Positions 28,461 through 37,009 are shown, counted from the first letter of the stretch. The stretch is 64,000 nucleotides of DNA from Candidatus Babelota bacterium (GCA_018817025.1 JAHIUU010000006.1:179996-243995), one strand, 5' to 3'. A program made the numbers and translations. The notes: generated from the letters alone by a model not told the origin.

Positions 28461-29413
28461 TGACAAAGAATAATTTTTTCTTGCGTTTAATTTTTATTTT
28501 CATTTTGATAAACAGTTTTGTTGGGGGAATTTTTTCTCAGCAGAATAAGATGATTGTTACTGAGCCGGTTGCTGATGTTTGGATGTATAAACCTGGGCCT
28601 GAGGTTAATAACGAGCGAAACACTCAGGTTCTTCTTGGAAACAAGATTGTTGCTCTTAAAGAAGAAGATGGATATTTGAAAGTGCAGGTTCTTGATCAAG
28701 AGGTTTTTGCTCGTCTGGAGAATAAATGGATTGGGTGTCCGGGGTGGATTGAGAAAGATCAAGTGATAGAGGTCGAAGAGTTTCCCGAATATGATTTGGT
28801 TGTTAAAGAGAAGACTGGGGCGATATGTGATTTGTCTGGCGAAAAAGCAGATCTTTTTGTTTCAATAGGAACAAAGCTAAAATCAACAGGTTGTTGTAAA
28901 GATAGTTTTTATACGGTCTTATTGCCTGATAGGGAAGAGTGGGTTGTCGAAGCTCAATTGGTTGCTAAGATCAATCAGAAAAATACTAACGAAAGTGTCT
29001 TGCGAGAATCTATTTGTAAGATCGCAAAACTATTTGAAGGTATGAACTATACCTGGGGAGGCAGGAGTTCTCAGAGTGGCGTTGATTGTTCTGGATTGGT
29101 TGGGATTTGTTACCAGGCGCATGGTAAAACGTTACCTAGGAATTCGTGCTGTCAGTACCAGAAGTGTAAAAAAATTATAGATGGTAGTGAGTTGAAACCT
29201 TCAGACCTAATATTTCTCTCAAAAAAGGGTCCAGATAAAATTTCTCATGTCATGATTTATCTTGGTGGAGACCAGTTTATTGAGGCTGCTGGGATGGATA
29301 TTCAGAAGGTCGTTGTTCGAGACGGCGAGAAGGTTTTTGGCAGGAAGATAAGCGAATTGAGAAGCGGCGACGAAACCAACTATAGGACTGTTTATTTTGG
29401 TACGTATTTTTGA
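28457..29413 (+). CDS. NlpC/P60 (C40) cell-wall peptidase with an SH3-like N-terminal domain
   Basis: 318 aa with a signal/anchor. Catalytic Cys in GVDCSGLVGICY and His in ISHVMIYLG. ATGA overlap with the murC stop. Confidence 0.85.
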   Translation: MMTKNNFFLRLIFIFILINSFVGGIFSQQNKMIVTEPVADVWMYKPGPEVNNERNTQVLLGNKIVALKEEDGYLKVQVLDQEVFARLENKWIGCPGWIEKDQVIEVEEFPEYDLVVKEKTGAICDLSGEKADLFVSIGTKLKSTGCCKDSFYTVLLPDREEWVVEAQLVAKINQKNTNESVLRESICKIAKLFEGMNYTWGGRSSQSGVDCSGLVGICYQAHGKTLPRNSCCQYQKCKKIIDGSELKPSDLIFLSKKGPDKISHVMIYLGGDQFIEAAGMDIQKVVVRDGEKVFGRKISELRSGDETNYRTVYFGTYF

Positions 29414-29420
29414 GTTTCGA

Positions 29421-29564
29421 TTACTTGCGCTTTGCAAGCCAGGAATTTTTGTGAATGGAGAGCGAGAACCAGTTGCCGAAGTAGCCGACAAGCAGAAAGA
29501 ATACGATTGGCATAACAACTACTACGGAAAAGAACAACGTAACAGTTTTTAAAACGGTGATCAT
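29421..29564 (-). CDS. possible 47-aa small membrane protein, hand-called
   Basis: GGGAG lies upstream of the ATG at 29564. The product is MITVLKTVTLFFSVVVVMPIVFFLLVGYFGNWFSLSIHKNSWLAKRK, a single TM helix. It lies directly downstream of the lipoprotein gene. Confidence 0.3.
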   Translation of the reverse strand: MITVLKTVTLFFSVVVVMPIVFFLLVGYFGNWFSLSIHKNSWLAKRK

Positions 29565-29579
29565 ACAACTGGGCTCCCT

Positions 29580-30044
29580 TTATGAAATAATTATTTTTTT
29601 TCTATTGATGATGTCGACATCGCGCTGAGATGCGCAATGTTGGATGTTTGTTCGAAGAACTATTTTGACGTCAGTGTGATTACAGATGGATATAGCACAA
29701 CTTTTGTGTGCTTTGCGGCAGAACAAAAGGCCTTCTTTTGAGCAGGAGAAATCCTGGAGGCTCCAACCATTAAGTTCCATTACTTGCTTGTAGTATGCGA
29801 TACTTTTTTCAACGTCTAAGTCACCATGATAGTACAAGATTGTTTTATTTTTATCAGTCGTTCGATTGTTGTGAGCAATCGGCTTGAAGCCAACGGGAAT
29901 TGGGATATCAGACTGTTTCGCCTGCTGTAAGAATTGCTCGGACTCGTTATCGGCACGTCGTGGCGATTTGCCACAGGATGACAAAAGTGTTACAAGCAGA
30001 ATGGAAACGAGTGTGAGCGAGTACTTGTGGGAGCTGTTACCCAT
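29580..30044 (-). CDS. hypothetical lipoprotein
   Basis: Start moved to 30044 (MGNSSHKYSLTLVSILLVTLLSSCG, lipobox). The track start at 30125 would overlap rplS by 89 nt. Confidence 0.5.
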   Translation of the reverse strand: MGNSSHKYSLTLVSILLVTLLSSCGKSPRRADNESEQFLQQAKQSDIPIPVGFKPIAHNNRTTDKNKTILYYHGDLDVEKSIAYYKQVMELNGWSLQDFSCSKEGLLFCRKAHKSCAISICNHTDVKIVLRTNIQHCASQRDVDIINRKKIIIS

Positions 30045-30417
30045 TTGCTTTCTTGATTTTTTCTTTGATTCTTGTTGCACGGCCAACTCGATCTCGGATG
30101 TAGTACAATTTTGCTCGACGAACATCGCCGTGTTTGACCACTGTTATCTTACTGATTATTGGGGAGTAGTATGGTAAGATTTTTTCAACGCCGATATTGT
30201 TCGCACCCATTTTTCTGATGGTAAATGTTGAGGAGATACCGTTTGTTTTGATACCGATGACATCACCTAAGAACATTTGGAGACGCTCTTTACTTCCTTC
30301 TTGAACGATTAGGGCGACTTCGATTGTGTCGCCAACGCCAAATTTTGGAAAACCACGGTCTGTGGCGTTAAGATCGAGAATAGTCTCTTTGGTAAGCTTA
30401 TTTGCCTTCATAATCAT
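30037..30417 (-). CDS. rplS: 50S ribosomal protein L19
   Basis: FGVGDTIEV...EGSKERLQMFLGDVIGIKTNGISSTFTIRKM...GVEKILPYYSPIISKITVVKHGDVRRAKLYY. Start at the Met at 30417 or 30411. Confidence 0.95.
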   Translation of the reverse strand: MIMKANKLTKETILDLNATDRGFPKFGVGDTIEVALIVQEGSKERLQMFLGDVIGIKTNGISSTFTIRKMGANNIGVEKILPYYSPIISKITVVKHGDVRRAKLYYIRDRVGRATRIKEKIKKANG

Positions 30418-30505
30418 GAACCTTGTACTTAAATACCTGTTAATCTGCGATAACCTCGTTACTATACCTATATTTTTCGTATTTATCAACTTGGCGCCAG
30501 AAAGC

Positions 30506-31840
30506 CTATTTCTTTTTCGGATTCAGGCCTAGCCAGCGATCGAGGATGATGGCGATTGCTGATCGGACCGATAGATGCTTATAACCAGTTAGACCCTTAA
30601 TTGGTACGAGTAGAAGGTCGCTTTTGTCGATTATATGGTCGGCTAAGCCCTGGCCGGTGCCAAAGATAAATAAAACCGGGCGGCCCTGTTTCCAGACCGT
30701 TTTTTGGGAGAAATAATCAATCACTTTTGGGTGGTCATGTTGTTTAGCTGAAGTGGTTATGACGAGCGGTTTTTTGCCTTCCCGTTTTTCGATAAATTCG
30801 ATTGTTTGTGCGAGTGAGTCTGTTGGGACGACGTGAGAGACTGCGGTATGTCGGCTAAGATTATACGATTTGCCTTCGTCAGACATCCAGAAGTCTAGCA
30901 GGTCTCGCATGATCGACTGCTGATCTTTGAGGGGAGAAACCATAAACATGTTTTTAATGCCATAGGTTGCGCATGAACGTGCGGTATCGTGGAGGTCGAG
31001 AGAAGTGACCGATGAATGGCCAACTCGGTCACCCTTTATAACGATATCTGTGTGCATGATAGCGACGTAGTGGGGAGGGATGCTTTTAGCGCAGTTCTGA
31101 ATTATTTCTTGCGATGGTTCTGATGATCTGAACCAGTCAAATCTCTCTAAGACTGTTTTTTTGCACGCCTGGTCTCGTCGCCATTGGTCTATAGCAGCAT
31201 GATTCCCAGAGAGAACTATTTCGGGTATTTCAAGGTTATTCCAGACTTTTGGGAGACCATACTCTGGGTAGTCGAGCAGTGGGCCCGAGAAAGATTCATC
31301 TTCGATCGATGCCTCTTTGCCAACGACGTCTGGGATAAGCCTGAGAAAACCCTCAAGAAATACCTGGGCCGGAAGGTCGCCGCCCATGAGTATGTAGTCA
31401 CCGATAGAGATTGTTTCGTCAGCGTAGAAGGTGGTGACACGTTCATCGATGCCCTCGTAACGAGAGCAAACAAGAACGAGGTGGTCTTGGGAGTTTGTTT
31501 GTGAGTCATGAGAGCTTTGTTCTTTTAAGAAGAGCTGTGCTTTTTTTTGTAAGAGTTTTTGGGAGAGTTTTTCCCCCTGGGGCGAGAAGAATATTTTGTA
31601 TCCAGGGCCGTACTGTTTTTCGCAGGCCTCGATAGCTTTGTCGATTAGGTTTGGCTTGATGATCATGCCGGTGCCCGGACCGCAAACAGGTTCGTCGATA
31701 CGTTCTTTTGGTTGGCATAGATCGCTCAGTTTAACTAGGTTAAACGAGATAATCCTTTTTTCCTGTGCTCGCTTGATTAAGCTTGTGTTAAGAAATTGTT
31801 CGTAAAGCTCTGGAAAAACGGTGATGATTGAGATGATCAT
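30506..31840 (-). CDS. trmD: tRNA (guanine37-N1)-methyltransferase TrmD fused to a second SPOUT (Tm1570-like) domain
   Basis: 444 aa against about 250 for a stand-alone TrmD. The N-terminal ~240 aa are TrmD (IITVFPE..., GPGTGMIIKP, RYEGIDERV, SIGDYILMGGDLPA). The C-terminal ~190 aa carry LHDTARSCATYGIKNMFMVSP...FIFGTGQGL...YKHLSVRSAIAIILDRWLG, matching my recollection of the Tm1570/Methyltrn_RNA_4 family. Confidence 0.9.
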   Translation of the reverse strand: MIISIITVFPELYEQFLNTSLIKRAQEKRIISFNLVKLSDLCQPKERIDEPVCGPGTGMIIKPNLIDKAIEACEKQYGPGYKIFFSPQGEKLSQKLLQKKAQLFLKEQSSHDSQTNSQDHLVLVCSRYEGIDERVTTFYADETISIGDYILMGGDLPAQVFLEGFLRLIPDVVGKEASIEDESFSGPLLDYPEYGLPKVWNNLEIPEIVLSGNHAAIDQWRRDQACKKTVLERFDWFRSSEPSQEIIQNCAKSIPPHYVAIMHTDIVIKGDRVGHSSVTSLDLHDTARSCATYGIKNMFMVSPLKDQQSIMRDLLDFWMSDEGKSYNLSRHTAVSHVVPTDSLAQTIEFIEKREGKKPLVITTSAKQHDHPKVIDYFSQKTVWKQGRPVLFIFGTGQGLADHIIDKSDLLLVPIKGLTGYKHLSVRSAIAIILDRWLGLNPKKK

Positions 31841-31854
31841 AAGGAGCCTCTACT

Positions 31855-31883
31855 GAAAAAAGCCCCGGCGGGAAGCCGGGGCT
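31855..31883 (-). terminator. intra-operon hairpin plus U-tract between the KH gene and trmD (terminator or attenuator)
   Basis: On the minus strand, AGCCCCGGC-TTCCC-GCCGGGGCT is a 9-bp GC-rich stem followed by TTTTT. Confidence 0.5.
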
Positions 31884-31906
31884 GTAAAAGATTATGTTTT
31901 TTTGTA

Positions 31907-32140
31907 TCATTCAAGAATTTCGAGAACTGCTCGTTTGCGCTCTTTGGTTGCCGACGCATGAAGTAGTGTTCTGATTGCCCGAGCTGTTCGTCCTTCTTTG
32001 CCAATGACTTTGCCGAGATCTTCTGGGGCAACCCGCAACTCAACGATGGTTGCTTGCTCGCCGCTTATTTCGGTAACTTTTACGCTCTCAGGCTTATCAA
32101 CGAGCTTCTTGACGATGTATTCGACCATTTCTTTCAACAT
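31907..32140 (-). CDS. KH-domain RNA-binding protein (YlqC/UPF0109 family)
   Basis: 77 aa. [24 protein letters not shown] contains the GxxG KH motif. It occupies the conserved position after rpsP. Confidence 0.85.
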   Translation of the reverse strand: MLKEMVEYIVKKLVDKPESVKVTEISGEQATIVELRVAPEDLGKVIGKEGRTARAIRTLLHASATKERKRAVLEILE

Positions 32141-32181
32141 GGTTTATCTCCTGTATCGACAGATATGCAGATAATTTGTAA

Positions 32182-32430
32182 CTACTTTATTTGAGCGGCT
32201 TGATCGCGATTGATCAGTTTTAGAACACTATCGGAAACGGTGGCACCCTTGCCTACCCAGACGTCGATTTGCTCCTTGTGAAGCGTAATCATCTCGTGTC
32301 TGATCGGGTCGTAGGTCCCTAGACATTCTAGGTAAGCACCATCTCGCTTTTTACGTGAATCAACAGCAACAATTCGCCAGTAGGGACGATTTTTCCTACC
32401 CATTCGGCTCATTCGAATTTTAACAGCCAT
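32182..32430 (-). CDS. rpsP: 30S ribosomal protein S16
   Basis: Start moved to 32430: MAVKIRMSRMGRKNRPYWRIVAVDSRKKRDGAYLECLGTYDP. Confidence 0.95.
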   Translation of the reverse strand: MAVKIRMSRMGRKNRPYWRIVAVDSRKKRDGAYLECLGTYDPIRHEMITLHKEQIDVWVGKGATVSDSVLKLINRDQAAQIK

Positions 32431-32503
32431 GCAGATCTTCCTTTCCAAGCTCAACGAGCAATATTCGGTTCATAGGTTCAATTGTGTGAGAAGCCTTAAC
32501 ACT

Positions 32504-33832
32504 TTAAAAGATTGATGGGAACTTTCCCATTTTCCTAAACATTTTAACAAATTGCTTACTTTGTTCAAATTTTTGCAACAATTGATTGATAATCTGCGCA
32601 TTTGTGCCTGATCCTTGGGCGATTCGCTGTTTTCGCGAGGAATCAAGAATCTGAGGGCAACATTTTTCTTTTCTGGTCATAGACGATAGTATCGCTTTAA
32701 ATAAGGCCATTTCTTTTTGACCTTGTTCAAGCTGATCAGGAGACAGAGACCCCATACCAGGAAGGTACTGGGCGATTTTTTGCAACGACCCCAGCTTCCC
32801 TACCATGCCGAGTTGTTGAGCAAAGTCGTCAAGCGTGAACTTTCCGCTCATCATGCGTTTGGTCAGTGTTTCTTGTTGGTGCTGGTCGATTTTTTCTTCT
32901 GCCTTTTCAATAAGACTAAGAACATCGCCCATTCCTAGGATTCTGGTTGCGACCCGATCGGGAACAAACGATTCAAGATCGTCTACTTTTTCGCCTGATC
33001 CGACAAATGCGATTGGCTTTCCAAGAACATACCGAAATGCGAACGCGGCGCCCCCACGAGTATCACTGTCCATTTTTGTCAGGATTGCGCTGTTGAAACC
33101 AATGACCTCGTCGAATTTTTTTGCGATGTTGAGAGATTCTTGTCCTGTCATGGCGTCAAGAACAAGAAATGAGTGTTTTGGCGAAACGAGTTTCGTGACA
33201 GTTTTGAGTTCTTCGAGCATTCGGTCGTCGACGTGGAGTCGACCGGCTGTATCGAGAATTAACAGTTCGTATCGACCTGTTTTAAAGTGTGTATATATGT
33301 CTTTTGTTGCCTCTAGTACATCTGTTTGGTTGCTTCTATAGAAATCGATTTTGATTTTATTTGCCAATATTTCGAGCTGGTCGACCGCTGCTGGTCGGTA
33401 AAAGTCGATCGAGGCAAGCAGGATACGTCTTTTTTTGTTTCGTTTGGAAGCTTCTTTGGTTACCCAGTAGGCAAGTTTTGCGATAGTTGTTGTTTTTCCG
33501 GATCCCTGGAGGCCCATGACGGTGACAACGGATGGGTAGTGAAAGGTGACTTTTTCCTGACCACCGGTGCTATCGAGAAATTTGACGAGACGCGCGTGGA
33601 CGATTTTTATGAAATGGTCGCCAGGGTTAAGCTTTTTGTGGACCGTTTGGCCAGAGACTTCTTGTGAAAGTTCTGTTAGGAAATCTGTGACGACATTTAG
33701 GGGGACGTCTGCTTGGAGTAGTGCGTTTTTTACTTGTGTAAGTGCGTCAGCGATATTTTTTTCGCTTAGTGTTCCTTTTCCCTTCATCCAGGTTAGGATT
33801 CCAGAGAATTTTTCAGATAAGAAATCGAACAT
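32504..33832 (-). CDS. ffh: signal recognition particle protein Ffh
   Basis: Start moved to 33832 (MFDFLSEKFSGI). GLQGSGKTTT, DTAGRL and TKMDSDTRGGAA are present, with a Met-rich M domain. The track extension would overlap tRNA-Phe. Confidence 0.95.
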   Translation of the reverse strand: MFDFLSEKFSGILTWMKGKGTLSEKNIADALTQVKNALLQADVPLNVVTDFLTELSQEVSGQTVHKKLNPGDHFIKIVHARLVKFLDSTGGQEKVTFHYPSVVTVMGLQGSGKTTTIAKLAYWVTKEASKRNKKRRILLASIDFYRPAAVDQLEILANKIKIDFYRSNQTDVLEATKDIYTHFKTGRYELLILDTAGRLHVDDRMLEELKTVTKLVSPKHSFLVLDAMTGQESLNIAKKFDEVIGFNSAILTKMDSDTRGGAAFAFRYVLGKPIAFVGSGEKVDDLESFVPDRVATRILGMGDVLSLIEKAEEKIDQHQQETLTKRMMSGKFTLDDFAQQLGMVGKLGSLQKIAQYLPGMGSLSPDQLEQGQKEMALFKAILSSMTRKEKCCPQILDSSRKQRIAQGSGTNAQIINQLLQKFEQSKQFVKMFRKMGKFPSIF

Positions 33833-33845
33833 GATGAACCCCAAG

Positions 33846-33921
33846 TGGTGCCGGGAGCCGGAGTCGAACCGACGACACAAAGATTTTCAGTCTTCTGCTC
33901 TACCACCTGAGCTATCCCGGC
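33846..33921 (-). tRNA. tRNA-Phe (anticodon GAA), CCA encoded
   Basis: The reverse complement is GCCGGGATAGCTCAGGTGGTAGAGCAGAAGACTGAAAATCTTTGTGTCGTCGGTTCGACTCCGGCTCCCGGCACCA. It folds as a cloverleaf with a 7-bp acceptor stem, anticodon loop CTGAAAA and T-loop TTCGACT. Confidence 0.9.
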
Positions 33922-33962
33922 AACAATACAATCATTATATCAAAAAATAGAGTTCAAAAATA

Positions 33963-34571
33963 CTACTTGCTCAAATTGTTGTCAATGTTTTCGAGGCGTT
34001 TAAGGAAAAGCTTCATTCGTCGATAATCATTGCCTGTAAGGAGTGACAATGTTTGACAAAACGTATTGATGATTGAAGGGGTTAACTTTTTTTTGTTTCC
34101 AAGTTGCTCGAATATAGCGAGCAGGAGGTCGTCAAAGTGTGTGATGGTTGCTGAGCTAGAAAAGAGCAGGTATAAAAAATCTGGGGAGGAAAAGAATTTG
34201 GTAGCTAGCTCCGGCGAACAGCTTTGTATGAACGCATGAATTTTGCTTGGCCTTGAGGGGAGCATGTAGCGAACTTTTTTTGACCTGTCGTGAGAGCCCA
34301 TAACGTTGACCGTAAATATTGTTTTCAAAAATTCAAATATTTGAGGTTGTTCTGCTTGCAGTTCTCCTTCTGTTTTCTTGTATGGAAATGGATATCGTAG
34401 AGGGTCCATCGATCCGGTTTGTACCGAGGTAACGCAACCGAGAATCGTGGGGTCTTCTCCTTCTACCTGGACCAGCGATCCGAAGGGTGGGAATTCGTCC
34501 CATTGCCAGCATTGGGCGGTAAACGTATCGAGTGAGCTTGCAATAACTTCAGCAAATGGTTTGTTGTCCAT
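33963..34571 (-). CDS. conserved-looking hypothetical protein
   Basis: Start moved to the Met at 34571 (MDNKPFAEVIASSLDTFTAQCW...). The N-terminal beta-rich part is followed by a helical C-terminus. No family assigned. Confidence 0.45.
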   Translation of the reverse strand: MDNKPFAEVIASSLDTFTAQCWQWDEFPPFGSLVQVEGEDPTILGCVTSVQTGSMDPLRYPFPYKKTEGELQAEQPQIFEFLKTIFTVNVMGSHDRSKKVRYMLPSRPSKIHAFIQSCSPELATKFFSSPDFLYLLFSSSATITHFDDLLLAIFEQLGNKKKLTPSIINTFCQTLSLLTGNDYRRMKLFLKRLENIDNNLSK

Positions 34572-35235
34572 GGTCTTTTCTTTTTTGGGTTGCGGTGAGC
34601 ACGAACGACGGGCGGTGTATGATTGTTGTGCCATATGTCGTCAGTGCTTGTTTGTGCTTTTTTGTACCGTAGCCTTTGTGTTGCTCAAGCGAAAATTTTG
34701 GAAAAAGAGGGGCGAGTTTTTTTAGGAGTCGGTCTCGAGTTACCTTTGCGACGATCGACGCCGCTGCAACTGTTGCCGAAAGTGATTCTGCATGGGGTGG
34801 GCTGTAGATTTCTAGTGACGGGTGTCTGTATGATTGAGGTGGAGTGAGTGGCATGGCGTCGGTGATAAGATATTGTATTTTTTGATGAGAGAATGGGATT
34901 GTTTCGATGAGTTGTATATATGCTTTTTTCATGGCAAATCGTGTTGTCTGATAAATATTTCTTGTTTCTATTGTATGTACATCGATAAAGACCGTAGAAA
35001 AGAAGCAGTGTTTTACAATCCACGAGTACGCGCTATTTCGTTCAGCTTCGGTCATGATTTTTGAGTCTAATAAAAGATTGTTTTTGGTGTTAGGTGGAAG
35101 AACTACTGCGGCGACAACAAGTGGTCCCGAGAGGCACCCCCTGCCCGCTTCGTCAATGCCGCAGACGTGCAAGTTTTTTTTCCAGGCGATTTGCTCCAGT
35201 CTGTTTTTTGTATCCATTGGAACAGTGTAACACAA
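34549..35235 (-). CDS. rnhB: ribonuclease HII
   Basis: 228 aa with CGIDEAGRGCLSGPLVVAAVVL, DSKIMTEAER and the C-terminal HKGYGTKKH. Confidence 0.9.
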   Translation of the reverse strand: MCYTVPMDTKNRLEQIAWKKNLHVCGIDEAGRGCLSGPLVVAAVVLPPNTKNNLLLDSKIMTEAERNSAYSWIVKHCFFSTVFIDVHTIETRNIYQTTRFAMKKAYIQLIETIPFSHQKIQYLITDAMPLTPPQSYRHPSLEIYSPPHAESLSATVAAASIVAKVTRDRLLKKLAPLFPKFSLEQHKGYGTKKHKQALTTYGTTIIHRPSFVLTATQKRKDHGQQTIC

Positions 35236-35375
35236 TCGTTTTTGTTTGACAGATCAGGTGTGGATGGCATGATAACTAATATCTATGTTTTGACTGTGTG
35301 GTCTTTGAGTAGGAGTGCGAGTCGCAACCGATGTCGGGTGTGATTCCCCTTTTTAGTAATGAAGGGATAAAGAGA

Positions 35376-36050
35376 ATGTCTTCTTCAACAGAGTTGCGAG
35401 TAAAAGAGTTGTTGCGAGAGCGAGGCTGGACGACAAAGGTTTTGGCTGAAAAGACAGGTATGTCCGAAAGTTACCTGACTCATATAAAAAATGGAACCCG
35501 TCGTTGGAATGAGGATTCGCTAAAAAAGTTGGCCAGTGCGTTCAGTCTAAACCCCATTGAATTGTTTGCTCAGCGCAAGAGCAGGACCGATAATGTGGAG
35601 AGCCATGTCGAGCTTCCTGAAGAAACGGATGTTGATATCCAGTTGAAAATTGTTCCTGTCATGGGCGAAATTCCCACAAATGCTTCCCCCTACAATAATC
35701 AGATGATACAGGTGACGACCGGTTATAAAGATGTGTTTGTGCCTGTGTTTAATAATCGCGACGATTCGATGTTTTGCTTGAGCCTCGAAAATAATTCGAT
35801 GGCGCCAAAGTTTGTGAAGGGCGATTATCTGATTGTTTCACCGGAGGCATGGACCCGCTCAGGCGACATTTCTGCCGTCGAGTATGGCAACGACGCCCCG
35901 GTTAAGGGGATTATGCAGGTGACCTACATGGACGAGTTTATCGTTCTAGAATCGGTGAATCATAAACAGCCTCCTGTGGCGCTGATCCGGGGGAAGGATC
36001 ACTTTCGGATTATTGGAAAGGTGATCCACAGGTACCAGAAACTTTGCTAG
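35376..36050 (+). CDS. CI-like repressor paralog 1 (XRE-type HTH plus S24 LexA/CI peptidase-like domain)
   Basis: Likely start at 35376 (GAAGGGA upstream); the track starts at 35331. HTH is WTTKVLAEKTGMSESYLTHIKNGTRRW. The C-terminus has NNSMAPKFVKGDYLIVSP...FRIIGKV in S24 layout, with the Ser in the GxSM-like motif. Confidence 0.8.
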   Translation: MSSSTELRVKELLRERGWTTKVLAEKTGMSESYLTHIKNGTRRWNEDSLKKLASAFSLNPIELFAQRKSRTDNVESHVELPEETDVDIQLKIVPVMGEIPTNASPYNNQMIQVTTGYKDVFVPVFNNRDDSMFCLSLENNSMAPKFVKGDYLIVSPEAWTRSGDISAVEYGNDAPVKGIMQVTYMDEFIVLESVNHKQPPVALIRGKDHFRIIGKVIHRYQKLC

Positions 36051-36090
36051 CAAGCCTGCATACACAGGCTAGATTTTGTAAAATAGCTTG

Positions 36091-36117
36091 AGGGGCCGGT
36101 AAAACCGGCCCCTTTTT
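36091..36117 (+). terminator. rho-independent terminator after repressor paralog 1
   Basis: AGGGGCCGG-TAAAA-CCGGCCCCT is a 9-bp stem followed by TTTT. Confidence 0.7.
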
Positions 36118-36145
36118 CCATTAAAGTGAGGTTTTTGGGTCCTGT

Positions 36146-36173
36146 TTGACTATGTGAAAGATTGGTGTACAAT
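36146..36173 (+). promoter_or_regulatory. sigma70-like promoter candidate for repressor paralog 2
   Basis: TTGACT (36146-36151), 16-nt spacer ending TG, TACAAT (36168-36173). This would leave a leader of about 150 nt before the ATG at 36332. Confidence 0.4.
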
Positions 36174-36331
36174 TTTAGTTGCTGCAGGGATTCAGCGGGA
36201 AAATAAAAATAGTCGATAATTAAAATGGAAAAGAAGAAAACCTGAAGAGAAGATTCAGTTAGAAGATTTTGTTGTTGAATGGAGGGGGCTTTAGGTGTGG
36301 TTGAATGGGGGGATAGCCGAGGAGGTTCGTT

Positions 36332-37009
36332 ATGGTGTCAACAAGGTTACGCGTAAAAGAATTACTCAGAGAGCGTCGTTGGACGACAAAGGTGTTGGCC
36401 GAGAAAACCGGGATGTCGGAGAGTTATCTCACTCACATCAAGAATGGAACGCGTCGTTGGAATGAGGATGCGTTGAAAAAATTGGCTGTCGCTTTTGAAC
36501 TTGAACCGATCGACATTTTTGAAAATGGAGGTCGGATTTTTGCTTCGGGTGCCGATAATGTGCCAAAGATAGTTTCAGATGATGCCAGTCTTGATCTACT
36601 AGTAAAAGTAGTTCCAGTTGTGGGAGAGATCCCATCAAACCCTTCTGCTCACAATAATAAGCTTGTTCAGCTTACTACAGGGCATAAGGGTGAATTTGTT
36701 CCTACGTTTGGTAGCGACGATGACGCTATGTTTGCACTTCATTTGCAAGATAGCTCACTGTCACCGACGTTCATTAAAGGCGATTATTTAATCGTTTCAC
36801 CCCAGGTGTGGACCCGTTCCGGTGACGTTGTTGCGGTTGAATATGGCAAAGAGAACCCAGCAAAGATTATTGCGCAAGTTAATTACACGAATGATTTTGT
36901 AGTTCTTGAGTCGGTCAACCACAAGAGTGCGCCGATTGCCTTGGTTAGAGGCAAGGATACATTCCGAATAATCGGTAAAGTGCTTTATCGGTACCAAAAA
37001 CTGGATTAA
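36332..37009 (+). CDS. CI-like repressor paralog 2 (XRE-type HTH plus S24 peptidase-like domain)
   Basis: 225 aa, colinear with paralog 1. The HTH is nearly identical (WTTKVLAEKTGMSESYLTHIKNGTRRWNED). The C-terminus has DSSLSPTFIKGDYLIVSP...FRIIGKV. Confidence 0.8.
   Translation: MVSTRLRVKELLRERRWTTKVLAEKTGMSESYLTHIKNGTRRWNEDALKKLAVAFELEPIDIFENGGRIFASGADNVPKIVSDDASLDLLVKVVPVVGEIPSNPSAHNNKLVQLTTGHKGEFVPTFGSDDDAMFALHLQDSSLSPTFIKGDYLIVSPQVWTRSGDVVAVEYGKENPAKIIAQVNYTNDFVVLESVNHKSAPIALVRGKDTFRIIGKVLYRYQKLD

Noticed and set aside
35256-35263. AGGTGTGG occurs upstream of both CI-like repressor genes (35256-35263 and 36293-36300) and might be a shared operator half-site.
   Set aside because: A single shared 8-mer between two regions of 150-200 nt is close to chance expectation. 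No palindromic partner was found. It is not reported as an operator.
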